From Acidobacteriota bacterium (GTDB lineage: Bacteria > Acidobacteriota > UBA6911 > RPQK01 > JANQFM01), in NCBI GenBank assembly GCA_041630155.1, contig JBFKLX010000005.1:1-57392 (forward strand): DNA of 57,392 nucleotides, given 5' to 3'. Below the pieces are notes generated by a model, which worked only from the letters and a program-made list of their open reading frames with translations, was not told where the DNA came from and did not search any database. A program made the translations under genes and the position numbers. Every line of letters begins with the position of its first letter. Within the stretch, counting starts at the first letter, position 1. Shown one piece after another: positions 28,734 to 38,092 of this stretch.

Positions 28734-29702
28734 TCAGACAGAGGTTCCCCGGTCGGCCAGGACTCGGTCCAGTTCACGCTTGATCAGATTGTAATGGTTC
28801 TCTTCTTCTTCGGCGAACTTCAGAAAGATGTCGCGGCCTCGGGTGTCATTGAACTTCTCGGCGTATTCCGCGAAGAAGTTGTGAGCATCCAGCTCCATGG
28901 CCATGGCCAGCTGCAGCGCCTCCACCTCGGAGAGATTTTCGCGCATCTTCTTCCGGACCTTTTCGCGCGAAGGGAAAATGCGCTCGAGCGCCTCGAAGTC
29001 GAAGTGCAGGAAGACCGGTGCGTCCAGTATCCTCTTGTCCTTGGCGATCAGCTCCCTCCACTCCTCCTGCAGATTGCTCAGGTGTTCCTTTTCTTCCTGA
29101 AGCATCTCCTGAAATGCCGCGCGCGTGGAGGGGTCCTTGGAGTTTTCGGCAGCCGTCCTGTAGAAGTTGATCCCCCGCCGCTCGGTCTCCATGGCGATCT
29201 TGAGGGCATCCCGGGCGAAGACCAGGTCCGAGTCGTAAGCCTCGAGGCTGCCGGGGCGCTCCTGTTTCTGGCACTCCTCGCAGACCCCAAAGATCTGGAG
29301 CCGCTGGCGGACCGGTTTGACGTGATACTTGGAGACGATTTCCATCTCCAGCTCATGCAGTTCGGGACTGAAGAACTCGATCGTCTTGCCACAGACTTCG
29401 CAGACGATGTGATGATGATCGGGCCGCTTGTATAGCTTCTCGAAGCGGGTTCGGCCGTCGCTCAAATCGGTCTCGCGGGCCAGCCCGCATTCGGTGAGCG
29501 CTTTGAGGGTTCGAAAAACCGTGGCGAACCCGAGTTTCTGGTCTTTCTGTTTGACCAGCTCGAAGAGTTCGTCGGCGCTCAGGTGGCCGTCGGCCTCCAG
29601 GAACGTCTGCACCAACAACTCGCGCTGGCGGGTCATCTTCAGACCGTTCTTCTTCAGATAGTCTGCGAAGACCTCCAATTGCTCTTCGAATTCCTGATTC
29701 AT
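28734..29702 (-). CDS. Fur-family regulator fused to a C-terminal ferritin/rubrerythrin-like di-iron domain
   Basis: KMTRQR, GHLSADEL, GFATVFRTL, HHHIVCEVCG and GVCEEC, then AMETERRGINFY...EEKEH...MELDAHNFF...EEENH; start ATG 29702. Confidence 0.9.
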   Translation of the reverse strand: MNQEFEEQLEVFADYLKKNGLKMTRQRELLVQTFLEADGHLSADELFELVKQKDQKLGFATVFRTLKALTECGLARETDLSDGRTRFEKLYKRPDHHHIVCEVCGKTIEFFSPELHELEMEIVSKYHVKPVRQRLQIFGVCEECQKQERPGSLEAYDSDLVFARDALKIAMETERRGINFYRTAAENSKDPSTRAAFQEMLQEEKEHLSNLQEEWRELIAKDKRILDAPVFLHFDFEALERIFPSREKVRKKMRENLSEVEALQLAMAMELDAHNFFAEYAEKFNDTRGRDIFLKFAEEEENHYNLIKRELDRVLADRGTSV

Positions 29703-29907
29703 CAGCCCTTTTGCGGGTGTCTTGCCCTCGCCCGTCCGAGCAAGCAAGGGCTTCCACGCCTTCATTCTCGCATGTTCGGAGGTTTCCCGTCGAGTCGACC
29801 CGCCCGGGCTCTCCAGCTCCTCAGCCCGGCATTTCGAGATGCCGGGATGGCCGCGAAACGGGACTGGCTTGACATCCCGCCTTGGAGGGCGGATTAATGG
29901 ACTCGCG

Positions 29908-31119
29908 ATGGAGATTTTGGGGGGGCCTTTCTTCGGGGTGGCGGCTGGCGGTGAATCGCACGGACCGGCCGTGACCACGATCGTTTTCGGTTGCCCGCCC
30001 GGGCTTCGGCTCCAACGCGCTGCGATCCAAGCTCATTTGGATCGGCGCAGGCCGGGTTCGAGCAAACACGGCACGCCGCGCCGCGAGGGAGACAAGCTGC
30101 TTTTGCTTTCGGGGTTGTTTTGTGAACCCGCAGACCATCTGCTGGGACCCACGCTGCGAGCTACCCTGGAGGGTGAACGCTACGAAACGCAGGCGTACGA
30201 GGCCGGTTTCACGACGGGGGAACCGATCTCCGCTATCGTCCTCTCCACTTCCACCAAGCCCCACGATTACAGCCAGTTCGCCGGACCGCGGGGAGAAGTG
30301 AGGCCCGGACACACCGATCTGGTGAAGCATCACAAGTCGATGGGATTCGCGGATCACCGGGGTGGGGGGCGCTCCAGTTATCGCTCCACCATCTCGGACG
30401 TGATCGGCGGGTCGATCGCCCGGATCTTTCTGCACCACCACTTCGAAACCGAGATTTTTTCTTCGGTCTGCCAGGTGGGATCGCTGCAGGCGGGCTCCTC
30501 TCTGGAGGAATGCCTGAACACGATGGGCCCCGCCCGAGTGGCCCGCCGGCTGGAGGAGGCCGAGATCGCTACGGTAGACCCGGAATTTGCGCTGCGCGCG
30601 GCCGAGCTGATTCGAGAGACCCGCAAGCAGGGTGACTCATTGGGTGCCCTCCTCGAGGTGGTCGCCGTGAAGGTGCCGCCGCTGCTCGGCGATCCGCTTT
30701 ACCAGAGCCTCAAATTACGGCTCATGGGAAGTCTGGGAGGGTTGCACGCGGTCCAATCCTGCGAGTATGGAGCCGGCAGCCAGGTAGTTTCCCGAACCGG
30801 GAGCGAGAACAACGACCCGATCCGATCCAGCGGTTATCAACACAACAGCCACGGCGGTTTGCTGGGAGGGATCACGACCGGGAATCCCCTGGCCTTTCGA
30901 GTCGGGTTCAAGCCGACCTCCAGCATTTCCAAACCGCAACTCAGTGTTCGTAAGAATCTCGAGGAAATCGACTTCCAGCTGAAGCGGGGCCGGCACGACC
31001 CGTGCGTCGGGATCCGGGCCGGGGTGACGCTGGAGTCGCGCCTGGCCATCGAGCTGATGAACGCCGTTCTGAGCCACCAGGCCAGCCGCGTGGATCCCGA
31101 GCAGTTCCAGCTTTTTTAG
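29908..31119 (+). CDS. aroC: Chorismate synthase
   Basis: GESHG, RRRPG, TTGEPI, RPGHTD, GGGRSS, GGLLGGITTG, FKPTSSI and GRHDPC motifs. Confidence 0.9.
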   Translation: MEILGGPFFGVAAGGESHGPAVTTIVFGCPPGLRLQRAAIQAHLDRRRPGSSKHGTPRREGDKLLLLSGLFCEPADHLLGPTLRATLEGERYETQAYEAGFTTGEPISAIVLSTSTKPHDYSQFAGPRGEVRPGHTDLVKHHKSMGFADHRGGGRSSYRSTISDVIGGSIARIFLHHHFETEIFSSVCQVGSLQAGSSLEECLNTMGPARVARRLEEAEIATVDPEFALRAAELIRETRKQGDSLGALLEVVAVKVPPLLGDPLYQSLKLRLMGSLGGLHAVQSCEYGAGSQVVSRTGSENNDPIRSSGYQHNSHGGLLGGITTGNPLAFRVGFKPTSSISKPQLSVRKNLEEIDFQLKRGRHDPCVGIRAGVTLESRLAIELMNAVLSHQASRVDPEQFQLF

Positions 31120-31184
31120 CCCGGATTGTGCACCAGGTTTCGGCACAGCAGCAGAAAGCTGGCGAATCGTCCGGTTAGGCATGC

Positions 31185-31209
31185 ATCACCGGCAAGATGC
31201 TGGGGTCGC
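31185..31209 (+). repeat. REP-like intergenic palindrome, copy 4
   Basis: ATCACCGGCAAGATGCTGGGGTCGC. Confidence 0.55.
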
Positions 31210-31223
31210 GCCACGCCCCATCG

Positions 31224-31871
31224 CTATTTCTCCCATCCGTGATCTCCGATCAACGGTACGAAAGTGCAGGCCTCGCCTCGCTGCGTGACGACACCGTCGG
31301 GGTAGCGCGTGCAGGTGTAGAGGACCTGGGCAACCCCTTCCTGAACGGGGATGACCAGGCGGCCTCTTTCTGCCAGCTGGCCCAGCAGGGGTCGGGGGAT
31401 GGAAGGGGCTCCGGCAGTCACCAGGATGGCGTCGTAAGGGGCCTGCTCGGGGAGTCCATGCGTGCCGTCCCTGCACACGACCGTGACATTGTGGAAGCCC
31501 AGCCGCTCGAGTCGCTCGCCCGCGTTCTCAGCCAACTGGGGGATCCTCTCCACGCTGAAGACCTGCTTGGCGAGCAGAGATATGACGGCTGCCTGATAGC
31601 CGCAGCCCGTACCGATCTCCAGGACGCGGTCGTCCGAGCCCAGTCGGGCATTCTGAGTCATCACGGCGACCATGTAGGGCTGGCTGATGGTCTGACCGTA
31701 CCCGATCGGCAGCGGGCCGTCGCGATAGGCGCGGCTGCAAAGCTCCTGGGAAACGAATTCGTGGCGCGGGACCGTACGCATCGCATTCAAGACGCGCTGG
31801 TCCCGAATGCCCCGGCTCTCCAGCTGCTGAACCACCATTCTCTCGCGCTCCGCAGCATAAGGATCGCTCAT
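31224..31871 (-). CDS. pcm: Protein-L-isoaspartate O-methyltransferase
   Basis: VPRHEFV, GQTISQPYMVA, VLEIGTGCGYQAA, APYDAILVTA and FVPLIG motifs. Confidence 0.95.
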   Translation of the reverse strand: MSDPYAAERERMVVQQLESRGIRDQRVLNAMRTVPRHEFVSQELCSRAYRDGPLPIGYGQTISQPYMVAVMTQNARLGSDDRVLEIGTGCGYQAAVISLLAKQVFSVERIPQLAENAGERLERLGFHNVTVVCRDGTHGLPEQAPYDAILVTAGAPSIPRPLLGQLAERGRLVIPVQEGVAQVLYTCTRYPDGVVTQRGEACTFVPLIGDHGWEK

Positions 31872-31878
31872 GGCAACC

Positions 31879-32850
31879 TCAGTCCAAAAGGGAGAGTTGC
31901 TCAGGACCGGGATATTTCTTCTTGTGGCGCGTGATCAATTGCTGGAGCCGTCGCCTTTCCGCGGGAAGGAGCCCGGCGGTCCCTCGAAAGTCGTGCCGAA
32001 CCGCGGCCAATTCTTCGGCCGAACATTCCGAGTCCAGGCGTCTCTTCAAATCGCGGTACTGAGGGCTGCTCTCACCCGCGAGTTCCTGAACGAAAGCGTA
32101 GGAACGGCGATGGGCGGGGCAGAGGCCATGGCGCCGAATTGCCTGCTGGTGCTGCGGAGTCGCATAGCCCTTGTGGGCTGAGAACCCATACTCTGGAAAC
32201 CGGCTGTCCAGCTCACACATCAGTTCGTCGCGGTACGTCTTGGCCATGATCGAGGCAGCCGCGATTGAGAAATGTCTGGAATCTCCGCCCGCCACGGGAT
32301 GCTGCGGCAGCGGCAGGTCGGGGATGGTGCGAGCATCGACGAGCACCTGTTGCGGGCGCAGCGGGAGATCCAGCACCGCTCGCCGCATCGCCTGAAGAGC
32401 CGCATGGTACACGTTCAATCGATCGATCTCTGCAACTTCGGCCACTCCAAAGCCGATGCCAACGACCGCGCTGCGGATTCGGATGCAGAGCCGGCCCCGC
32501 TCTTCCGGGTCGAGCCGCTTCGAATCATCGACGGCAGGGATCACCGTCCCGGGTGGAAAAACCACTGCCGCGGCGACCACGGGCCCCGCCAGCGGGCCCA
32601 CGCCGGCCTCGTCTACTCCCGCCACTCTGGTGACTCCCTGAGACCAGAGCTCACGCTCCAAGGAAAGCAGGCGCTGCATGCGGCGGCGCTCCTGCTGCCG
32701 GGCCGCCCGCCGTCGGTCGAGTCGACGAGCGAGCCTCCGGACGCCCTGCCGGGGATCGTTCTGGAGTTCCTCGAGCAGCCTCCTGGAGAGGCGTTTGCGG
32801 CGTTCGACGAACTCTCGGATTTCGGCCAGGGAGAGGGAGGCGAGTTCCAA
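31879..32850 (-). CDS. rnhB: Ribonuclease HII with N- and C-terminal extensions
   Basis: GVDEAGVGPLAGPVVAAAV, DDSKRL, SIAAASIMAKTYRD, HKGYAT and HRRSY motifs; TTG start. Confidence 0.93.
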   Translation of the reverse strand: MELASLSLAEIREFVERRKRLSRRLLEELQNDPRQGVRRLARRLDRRRAARQQERRRMQRLLSLERELWSQGVTRVAGVDEAGVGPLAGPVVAAAVVFPPGTVIPAVDDSKRLDPEERGRLCIRIRSAVVGIGFGVAEVAEIDRLNVYHAALQAMRRAVLDLPLRPQQVLVDARTIPDLPLPQHPVAGGDSRHFSIAAASIMAKTYRDELMCELDSRFPEYGFSAHKGYATPQHQQAIRRHGLCPAHRRSYAFVQELAGESSPQYRDLKRRLDSECSAEELAAVRHDFRGTAGLLPAERRRLQQLITRHKKKYPGPEQLSLLD

Positions 32851-32851
32851 G

Positions 32852-33484
32852 TCAGGTCTCCAGAAACATGAGGTTTCCCAGGCAAGCCGTTTGGTGGAAG
32901 TCGGGTTGCGCCGTATAGGGAGGCCTCCAGATGGCTACTTCCCGGGTGTTCTCCGACCCGACGATCCGGGCGAGATTGATTCCCCAAACGTCACCCACCT
33001 CGGGGTTGCCGGAACATTGACTGGCCCTCAGGATCGGTCGGAAAGGAAGCGCCAGGAAAGCTCTCCAGATTCGTTCTTCCTGCCCGATCGAGACGGTCAA
33101 GTCGGAGTCTGAGCTCCACTGATAGTCCAGGTCGACCCGTGGCTCCATGACGTGGCAGTCGAGGCAGCGATCGGGCGGTCCGACCTCCCAGTGGAAATAG
33201 TCTTCGCAGTTTTCAGGCCGCAAGATGAGTTCGATTGCATCACCGTCTCGGTCGAGGCTTTCGAACCAACACTCCACCAGCAAGAAGAGGGTGTCCGAAT
33301 TCCATAGAGAGGCCACCTGGGTGAGGTTTTTCCAGTGAAGCCCTTGTTCTTTGAGGAAGGAGCGGCCGCGCCAGTCGCGATCGAGAGTGACCAAGCTGTC
33401 GCGGCGCCACGCAGAATGGCGCGGGTTCCTCAGGGCGTCCGGGTTTTCCGGCACGAAAAAACTGAAGAGAGTGTTCTGCGGCAT
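32852..33484 (-). CDS. Carbohydrate-binding family 9-like (CBM9/DOMON-like) protein
   Basis: TQVASLWNSDTLFL, DAIELIL, YFHWEVGP, GDVWGINLAR and PDFH pattern. Confidence 0.6.
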   Translation of the reverse strand: MPQNTLFSFFVPENPDALRNPRHSAWRRDSLVTLDRDWRGRSFLKEQGLHWKNLTQVASLWNSDTLFLLVECWFESLDRDGDAIELILRPENCEDYFHWEVGPPDRCLDCHVMEPRVDLDYQWSSDSDLTVSIGQEERIWRAFLALPFRPILRASQCSGNPEVGDVWGINLARIVGSENTREVAIWRPPYTAQPDFHQTACLGNLMFLET

Positions 33485-33596
33485 GACCCTGTTCAGCTTA
33501 GCTGAACGGGGCGGCAGGGCCAAGCCCTGAGTTGGAGGTTTCCGGCCCGGCTCGAGAGCTTTCCGCGAGGGCGAGTGACCGGGTTGGCCACGAAAT

Positions 33597-33620
33597 GAGG
33601 CGGCCTCTGAGAGCCGCCTC
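33597..33620 (-). terminator. Possible terminator hairpin after the ECF operon
   Basis: GAGGCGGC-N8-GCCGCCTC stem ~20 nt past the DUF4097 stop codon; weak U-tail. Confidence 0.4.
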
Positions 33621-33639
33621 GTGCAAGGGGCCGCTGGGA

Positions 33640-34752
33640 CTAGTTGCGGCGAATCTGGATGGTTCCGTTGACCGTTTCCAGCTGAATGGTGGGTCCGCCC
33701 CCGCCGATCCGATAGGTTCCTGCGATGTCCCTTCCCTCCGCATCTTTCTCGCTGGACACGGCGGGAAAGTCCGAGATGATCTGGTAGTCGTCGAAGCGGC
33801 GCGACCAGGAGCTCCGGACTCGGATCCGGGCCTCGACGGTCGCCCCGACCGACGAGTCCAGCCGAAGCACGATATCGCCGCCTCTGGACACCAGGCGGCT
33901 CCCCTTGGAGCCGCGCGGAACGAGCCTGGCTTCGATATCGCCTCCAGCCGTGTCGGCGTCGATCGAACCCGTGATCTCTCTCAAATCGATGTCGCCTCCA
34001 GCGGTGCTGGCTTTGACTTCTCCGCTGGCTCCAGCCAGCCGGATGTCGCCCCCTTTCGTGTCCAGTGAAGCCGAGGCCGAAACGCGACCCACTTCGATAT
34101 CGCCCCCCAGAGTCGAGAGCACCGCGTCGGCATCCACGTCTCCCACTACGATATCGCCTCCCAGGGTCTTGGCTTCGAGGCCGCCGCCCACTCGACCGAT
34201 CACCACGTCACCGCCGTGGGTGGAGAGTTTGAGCGTTCCCTCGACGGCTCCCACTTGGATGTCGCCGCCCATGCTTCGGATCGAGGAGTTGCCGGCAACG
34301 TCTTGCCCTCGAATGTCCCCGCCCGAACTCCGCACATCGGCTTCTCCTCGAACATTGCGGAAGCTGATGTCGCCGCCGTGCGTGTTGATCTTGAGCATTC
34401 CCTCCAGATCGCCGTCGATGCGCACGTCCCCGGCATCGGTATCCAGATTGAGATTGAACCGCTCGGGCACGACCACCTCGAAGCGCACGTTGCCCCAGTT
34501 CCCGCGTCCCGTTTGGACGACCTGGATGAGATTTCCGCTCTGGTTGACTTCCAGATCGGTATCGCTCAAACCTCGGCAAAACAGCGACACCTGGCCGCCG
34601 GGCTGTACCTTGACCTGAATGTCACCGTGACGGGCCTTCAGGCTGAGTTCGCCTCCCGGACTCACGTTGAAAACCCGGTTCACTTCGAGGCCAAAGACCG
34701 TGCCGGCCATCAGCAGGGCGGCTGTGATGAAAATCAATGCTCTTGCTTTCAT
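33640..34752 (-). CDS. DUF4097-family exported beta-repeat protein
   Basis: Signal peptide and about ten TxGGDI repeats; ATGA overlap with the anti-sigma gene. Confidence 0.9.
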   Translation of the reverse strand: MKARALIFITAALLMAGTVFGLEVNRVFNVSPGGELSLKARHGDIQVKVQPGGQVSLFCRGLSDTDLEVNQSGNLIQVVQTGRGNWGNVRFEVVVPERFNLNLDTDAGDVRIDGDLEGMLKINTHGGDISFRNVRGEADVRSSGGDIRGQDVAGNSSIRSMGGDIQVGAVEGTLKLSTHGGDVVIGRVGGGLEAKTLGGDIVVGDVDADAVLSTLGGDIEVGRVSASASLDTKGGDIRLAGASGEVKASTAGGDIDLREITGSIDADTAGGDIEARLVPRGSKGSRLVSRGGDIVLRLDSSVGATVEARIRVRSSWSRRFDDYQIISDFPAVSSEKDAEGRDIAGTYRIGGGGPTIQLETVNGTIQIRRN

Positions 34753-35663
34753 TGGAATCGAACCTCCTCGAGCAACGCCTTCGATCGAAGGCGGATGAAA
34801 TCGTTCTTTTCGCTGCTCACGCTCTGTTCGAGTTGGCGCAGCGTTTCCTGGTCCAGCGAGACCTCACCGACTGCGTCGCTTTCCAGCGCGGTGATGGCGG
34901 CAACTCGCAGGCCGGGGTTGGGGTCGTGGACGAGTACGTGAATCAGCGCCCGTTGAACGTCTGCCCGGCGGGGCATTTCCGCCAGCACGCTCAAGGCACG
35001 CTTTCGGACACCCGCATTCTCGTCGAACTTGACAGCCTCGATCAAAGCACCCCGCAGACTCTCGCTTCGGGATGGGGCGGCTTCTTCCTGAACCGCTGCC
35101 ACGGCCTGAATGCGCGTTCCCGGGTTTCCCTCTGCGCGCAGCGCTCCGAGCAAGACCGCTTGAATACGTGGATCGGAGAAGGCAGCTCTCAGCTGGATGG
35201 TGCGCACCGCGTCGAAGCGTACCTCCAATTCGCCGTCGGAGGGGTCCGCGTCCAGAAACTGAATATTGGCCAGACCCAGTCCGCGGGCCAGCCAATCGTC
35301 CGGCGCCTCGGGGGCTGCCGAGGGAAGCATCCAACGCCCCAACAACAGGCCCACCAGGAGCGATGCGGCCAGGGCAATCGGAGTCTGTAAACGCCCCAAG
35401 GGCGGAAGAAGAGAAAGCACGCGCGAGGGAGGGCGCTGGGCGCGCAGACTGCCACGCAACTGCGCCCGGGCCTCAGCGAGCAAGCCGGGGGGAGGCTCGG
35501 CGAGGTTCGAATCGAGCAGGCTCTGCAGGCGCCGAAGCTCGGTCAATTCCTGTCGGCAGGTCTGGCATTTCTCCAGATGCTCGCTCAACCGGGACTGTTC
35601 GTCCTCACTCAACTCCCCATAGATCGACAGGGAAAGCCATTGGCGGAATCTCTCGTGTTTCAT
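34749..35663 (-). CDS. zf-HC2 anti-sigma factor with one TM and extracytoplasmic HEAT repeats
   Basis: HLEKCQTC (HxxxCxxC), a TM helix and repeats NPGTRIQAV / NAGVRKRAL / NPGLRVAAI. Confidence 0.9.
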   Translation of the reverse strand: MKHERFRQWLSLSIYGELSEDEQSRLSEHLEKCQTCRQELTELRRLQSLLDSNLAEPPPGLLAEARAQLRGSLRAQRPPSRVLSLLPPLGRLQTPIALAASLLVGLLLGRWMLPSAAPEAPDDWLARGLGLANIQFLDADPSDGELEVRFDAVRTIQLRAAFSDPRIQAVLLGALRAEGNPGTRIQAVAAVQEEAAPSRSESLRGALIEAVKFDENAGVRKRALSVLAEMPRRADVQRALIHVLVHDPNPGLRVAAITALESDAVGEVSLDQETLRQLEQSVSSEKNDFIRLRSKALLEEVRFQ

Positions 35664-36244
35664 ATTCCTTGCTCGCTCAGGCGAGTTTGCAGCTGCCTGC
35701 GCATCCGCCGGGTCGCGGTGAACAGATGGCGCTTGACGGTACCCTCGGCACAGCGCAACATGGCTGCGATCTCGCGGAGTTTGAAGTCGTGATAATGACG
35801 GAGAATGAACACCAGCCTCTGGGTGGGTGACAGCTCCCGCAGAGCATCATGAATCTGGCTCGAGAGCTCGTCCACCAGCACACGGTCTTCTCCGGTTCTC
35901 TCATCCAGGATCATCTCGCCCCAACTGGCACCAGTGCCCGCCGCACCGCGCGGCTCATCCAGGGACAGGTGGGATCGGCGCTGAAGCTGCCGTCTCTGGG
36001 TGAAACAGACATTGACGGCGATCCGGTGCAGCCAGGTGGCGAACTGGCTGCGGAACTGGAATCGCGGCAGCGCTCGGTAAACGCGCATGAAGACCTCCTG
36101 ATAAACGTCCTTTGCCTCATCGGGATCCTGGGTATAGCGAAGCGCCAGCGCGAGGATTCGCTGATCGTAGCGGTGCACGATCTGTTCGAATGCCTCGACG
36201 TCACCCCTCTGAGCCCGAAGAATCAGGGTCTCGTCACTCTGCAA
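35660..36244 (-). CDS. ECF RNA polymerase sigma factor
   Basis: Region 2 (AKDVYQEVF, FATWLHRIAVN) and region 4 (EIAAML...EGTVKRHLFTA); TTG start with a GGAG RBS. Confidence 0.95.
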   Translation of the reverse strand: MQSDETLILRAQRGDVEAFEQIVHRYDQRILALALRYTQDPDEAKDVYQEVFMRVYRALPRFQFRSQFATWLHRIAVNVCFTQRRQLQRRSHLSLDEPRGAAGTGASWGEMILDERTGEDRVLVDELSSQIHDALRELSPTQRLVFILRHYHDFKLREIAAMLRCAEGTVKRHLFTATRRMRRQLQTRLSEQGI

Positions 36245-36275
36245 CGGCCCTCTCCAATCTCATTGCGCACCCACC

Positions 36276-36304
36276 TTAGACCGGGCCATGGGCGGAAAGG
36301 TTGA
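36276..36304 (-). promoter_or_regulatory. Putative autoregulatory ECF promoter
   Basis: TCAAC-ctttccgcccatggccc(17)-GGTCTAA upstream of the sigma gene. Confidence 0.5.
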
Positions 36305-36321
36305 CGCCTCCCCGGGGCCCG

Positions 36322-36344
36322 TCACCGGCGAGATCCCGGTGTGA
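36322..36344 (+). repeat. REP-like intergenic palindrome, copy 5
   Basis: TCACCGGCGAGATCCCGGTGTGA. Confidence 0.55.
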
Positions 36345-36361
36345 AAAAGTGCGGTCCTGTC

Positions 36362-38092
36362 TCAGACTGCGAAGCTCGGCGGGATGCGGCGGTGGAAGTC
36401 AGTCGATTCCTGATAGGCTCGAGCCACGAGAAGAGCGGACTCCTCCTGGTAGAGCTTCCCGGTGAAGGTGATGCTGGCGGGCCGCCCCTCGTCGACGAAA
36501 CCATTGGGGACCACGACACACGGATGTCCCGTGAGGTTGGTCATGAGCAGATTGGGATTGCCAAAGCTGGGCGCCACGTAGACATCCACCTCGGCCAAGG
36601 CTGCATCGAGTTGCTGCATCAAGAGCGTTCGCATGCGGTTGGCCTGGATGTAATCGACCGCCGGGACCAATCGGGAGTGGCGGAACACGTTGGGCCAGGC
36701 GTTCTCGATCTGCCGCACCATCAGATCGTCCCGGTTGCTGCGGGTCAATTCGTCGAAGGCGGCCGCCGCTTCCACATTCAGGATGAAGCTCATGGCACTC
36801 ACCGGAAGCTGCTCCGGCAACTCGATTGCCACCAGCTCGAAGCCGAGCTGCTGCAAGTGATCCAGGGCCGCGCGATCCAGCTCGCGCACCTTCTGGGCGG
36901 CTTCCTCTTCGGGCTCCCGGGCAAAGGCTTTCTCGAGGTAGCCCAAGCGGAGTCCCCGGCCTCGACGGGTGCCGTCCCATTTCCACGGAGCACGGCGCAC
37001 CGTCGGGTCGCGATCGTCCGGGCCCTGGATCGCGTCCAGGACGAGGGCGCCATCCTCGACACTCCGGCAGATCGGTCCCAGTTTGTCCATGCTCCAGCTG
37101 AGAGCCATGGCTCCATGGCGGCTCACCCGCCCGAAGGTCGGCCTCAAGCCGGTCACTCCGCAGCGAGTAGCCGGCGAGACGATGGAGCCCCAGGTCTCGG
37201 AGCCGATGGCGAAGCCAACCAGGCCGGCCGCAACCGCCGCGGCCGAACCGGCTGAAGATCCGCTGGAGCCCTGCTCCGGATTCCAGGGGTTGCGGGTCTT
37301 TCCTCCAAACCAGACATCCCCCCAGGCCAGCGCGCCCAGTGTAAGCTTCGCGACGAGCACGGCGCCCGCGGATTCCAGACGCTGAACCACCGTGGCGTCC
37401 TCGTCGATCACCTGGTCCCTGAACGGCATGGCGCCCCAGGTGGTGCGGTATCCTCGCACGGCCAGCAGGTCCTTGGCGCCCCAGGGAATGCCATGCAGCG
37501 GGCCCCGGTAGCGTCCTCGAGCCAGTTCGGCGTCCGCCCGGTCGGCTTGGCGCAAAGCCATTTCTTCGGTGAGCGTGACCACGCAGAAGAGTTCCCGGTC
37601 GTGGCGCTTCAAGCGCTCCAGATACATCTCGGTCAGTTGCCGAGAGGTCACTTGCCGGGTCCGGATCAACTCGGCCAGCTGCGTCACCGGAAGAAAGGCC
37701 AATTTCTCCAGGTTCTCAGGGACGCTGGGCGGCGATTGGGGGCTCGTCCTGGGCGGCTGATCGGGCTCGGATTTCAACTCGACACCCGGTAGAAGCGGAT
37801 CGAAGCGCAGGGCGGGAGGTATTGCGTTGTCCAGAGTGACAGTGCGCAGCTTCTCGTAGTTTTCCAGGGCCTCGTTGACCCCGGAAAGCATCAATGTTCG
37901 CTCTTCATCGGTGAGTTCGAGCCCGATCATCTTGCCGGCTTGTTCCAGCATTTCCACTGTGACTCGAAGGTCTTTCTTTTCCGCCTCCTGCAGCTTGGCC
38001 CACAGGACTCCAGGCAGCAATGTGGCACCCAGGCCCAAGCCGGAGAAGTATTGTATGAACGAACGACGAGCCAATTCCTGACGATCCGACAT
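36362..38092 (-). CDS. Amidase-signature family protein with a Tat-like leader
   Basis: ARRSFI leader; GIPWGAKDL, GSSGSSAGS and IGSETWGSIVSP motifs. Confidence 0.9.
   Translation of the reverse strand: MSDRQELARRSFIQYFSGLGLGATLLPGVLWAKLQEAEKKDLRVTVEMLEQAGKMIGLELTDEERTLMLSGVNEALENYEKLRTVTLDNAIPPALRFDPLLPGVELKSEPDQPPRTSPQSPPSVPENLEKLAFLPVTQLAELIRTRQVTSRQLTEMYLERLKRHDRELFCVVTLTEEMALRQADRADAELARGRYRGPLHGIPWGAKDLLAVRGYRTTWGAMPFRDQVIDEDATVVQRLESAGAVLVAKLTLGALAWGDVWFGGKTRNPWNPEQGSSGSSAGSAAAVAAGLVGFAIGSETWGSIVSPATRCGVTGLRPTFGRVSRHGAMALSWSMDKLGPICRSVEDGALVLDAIQGPDDRDPTVRRAPWKWDGTRRGRGLRLGYLEKAFAREPEEEAAQKVRELDRAALDHLQQLGFELVAIELPEQLPVSAMSFILNVEAAAAFDELTRSNRDDLMVRQIENAWPNVFRHSRLVPAVDYIQANRMRTLLMQQLDAALAEVDVYVAPSFGNPNLLMTNLTGHPCVVVPNGFVDEGRPASITFTGKLYQEESALLVARAYQESTDFHRRIPPSFAV

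Noticed and set aside
33900-34460. Nucleotide-level periodicity (GGCGGCGACATC-like) resembling an array
   Set aside because: It encodes the TxGGDI repeats of the DUF4097 protein; there is no repeat-spacer structure, so it is not CRISPR.
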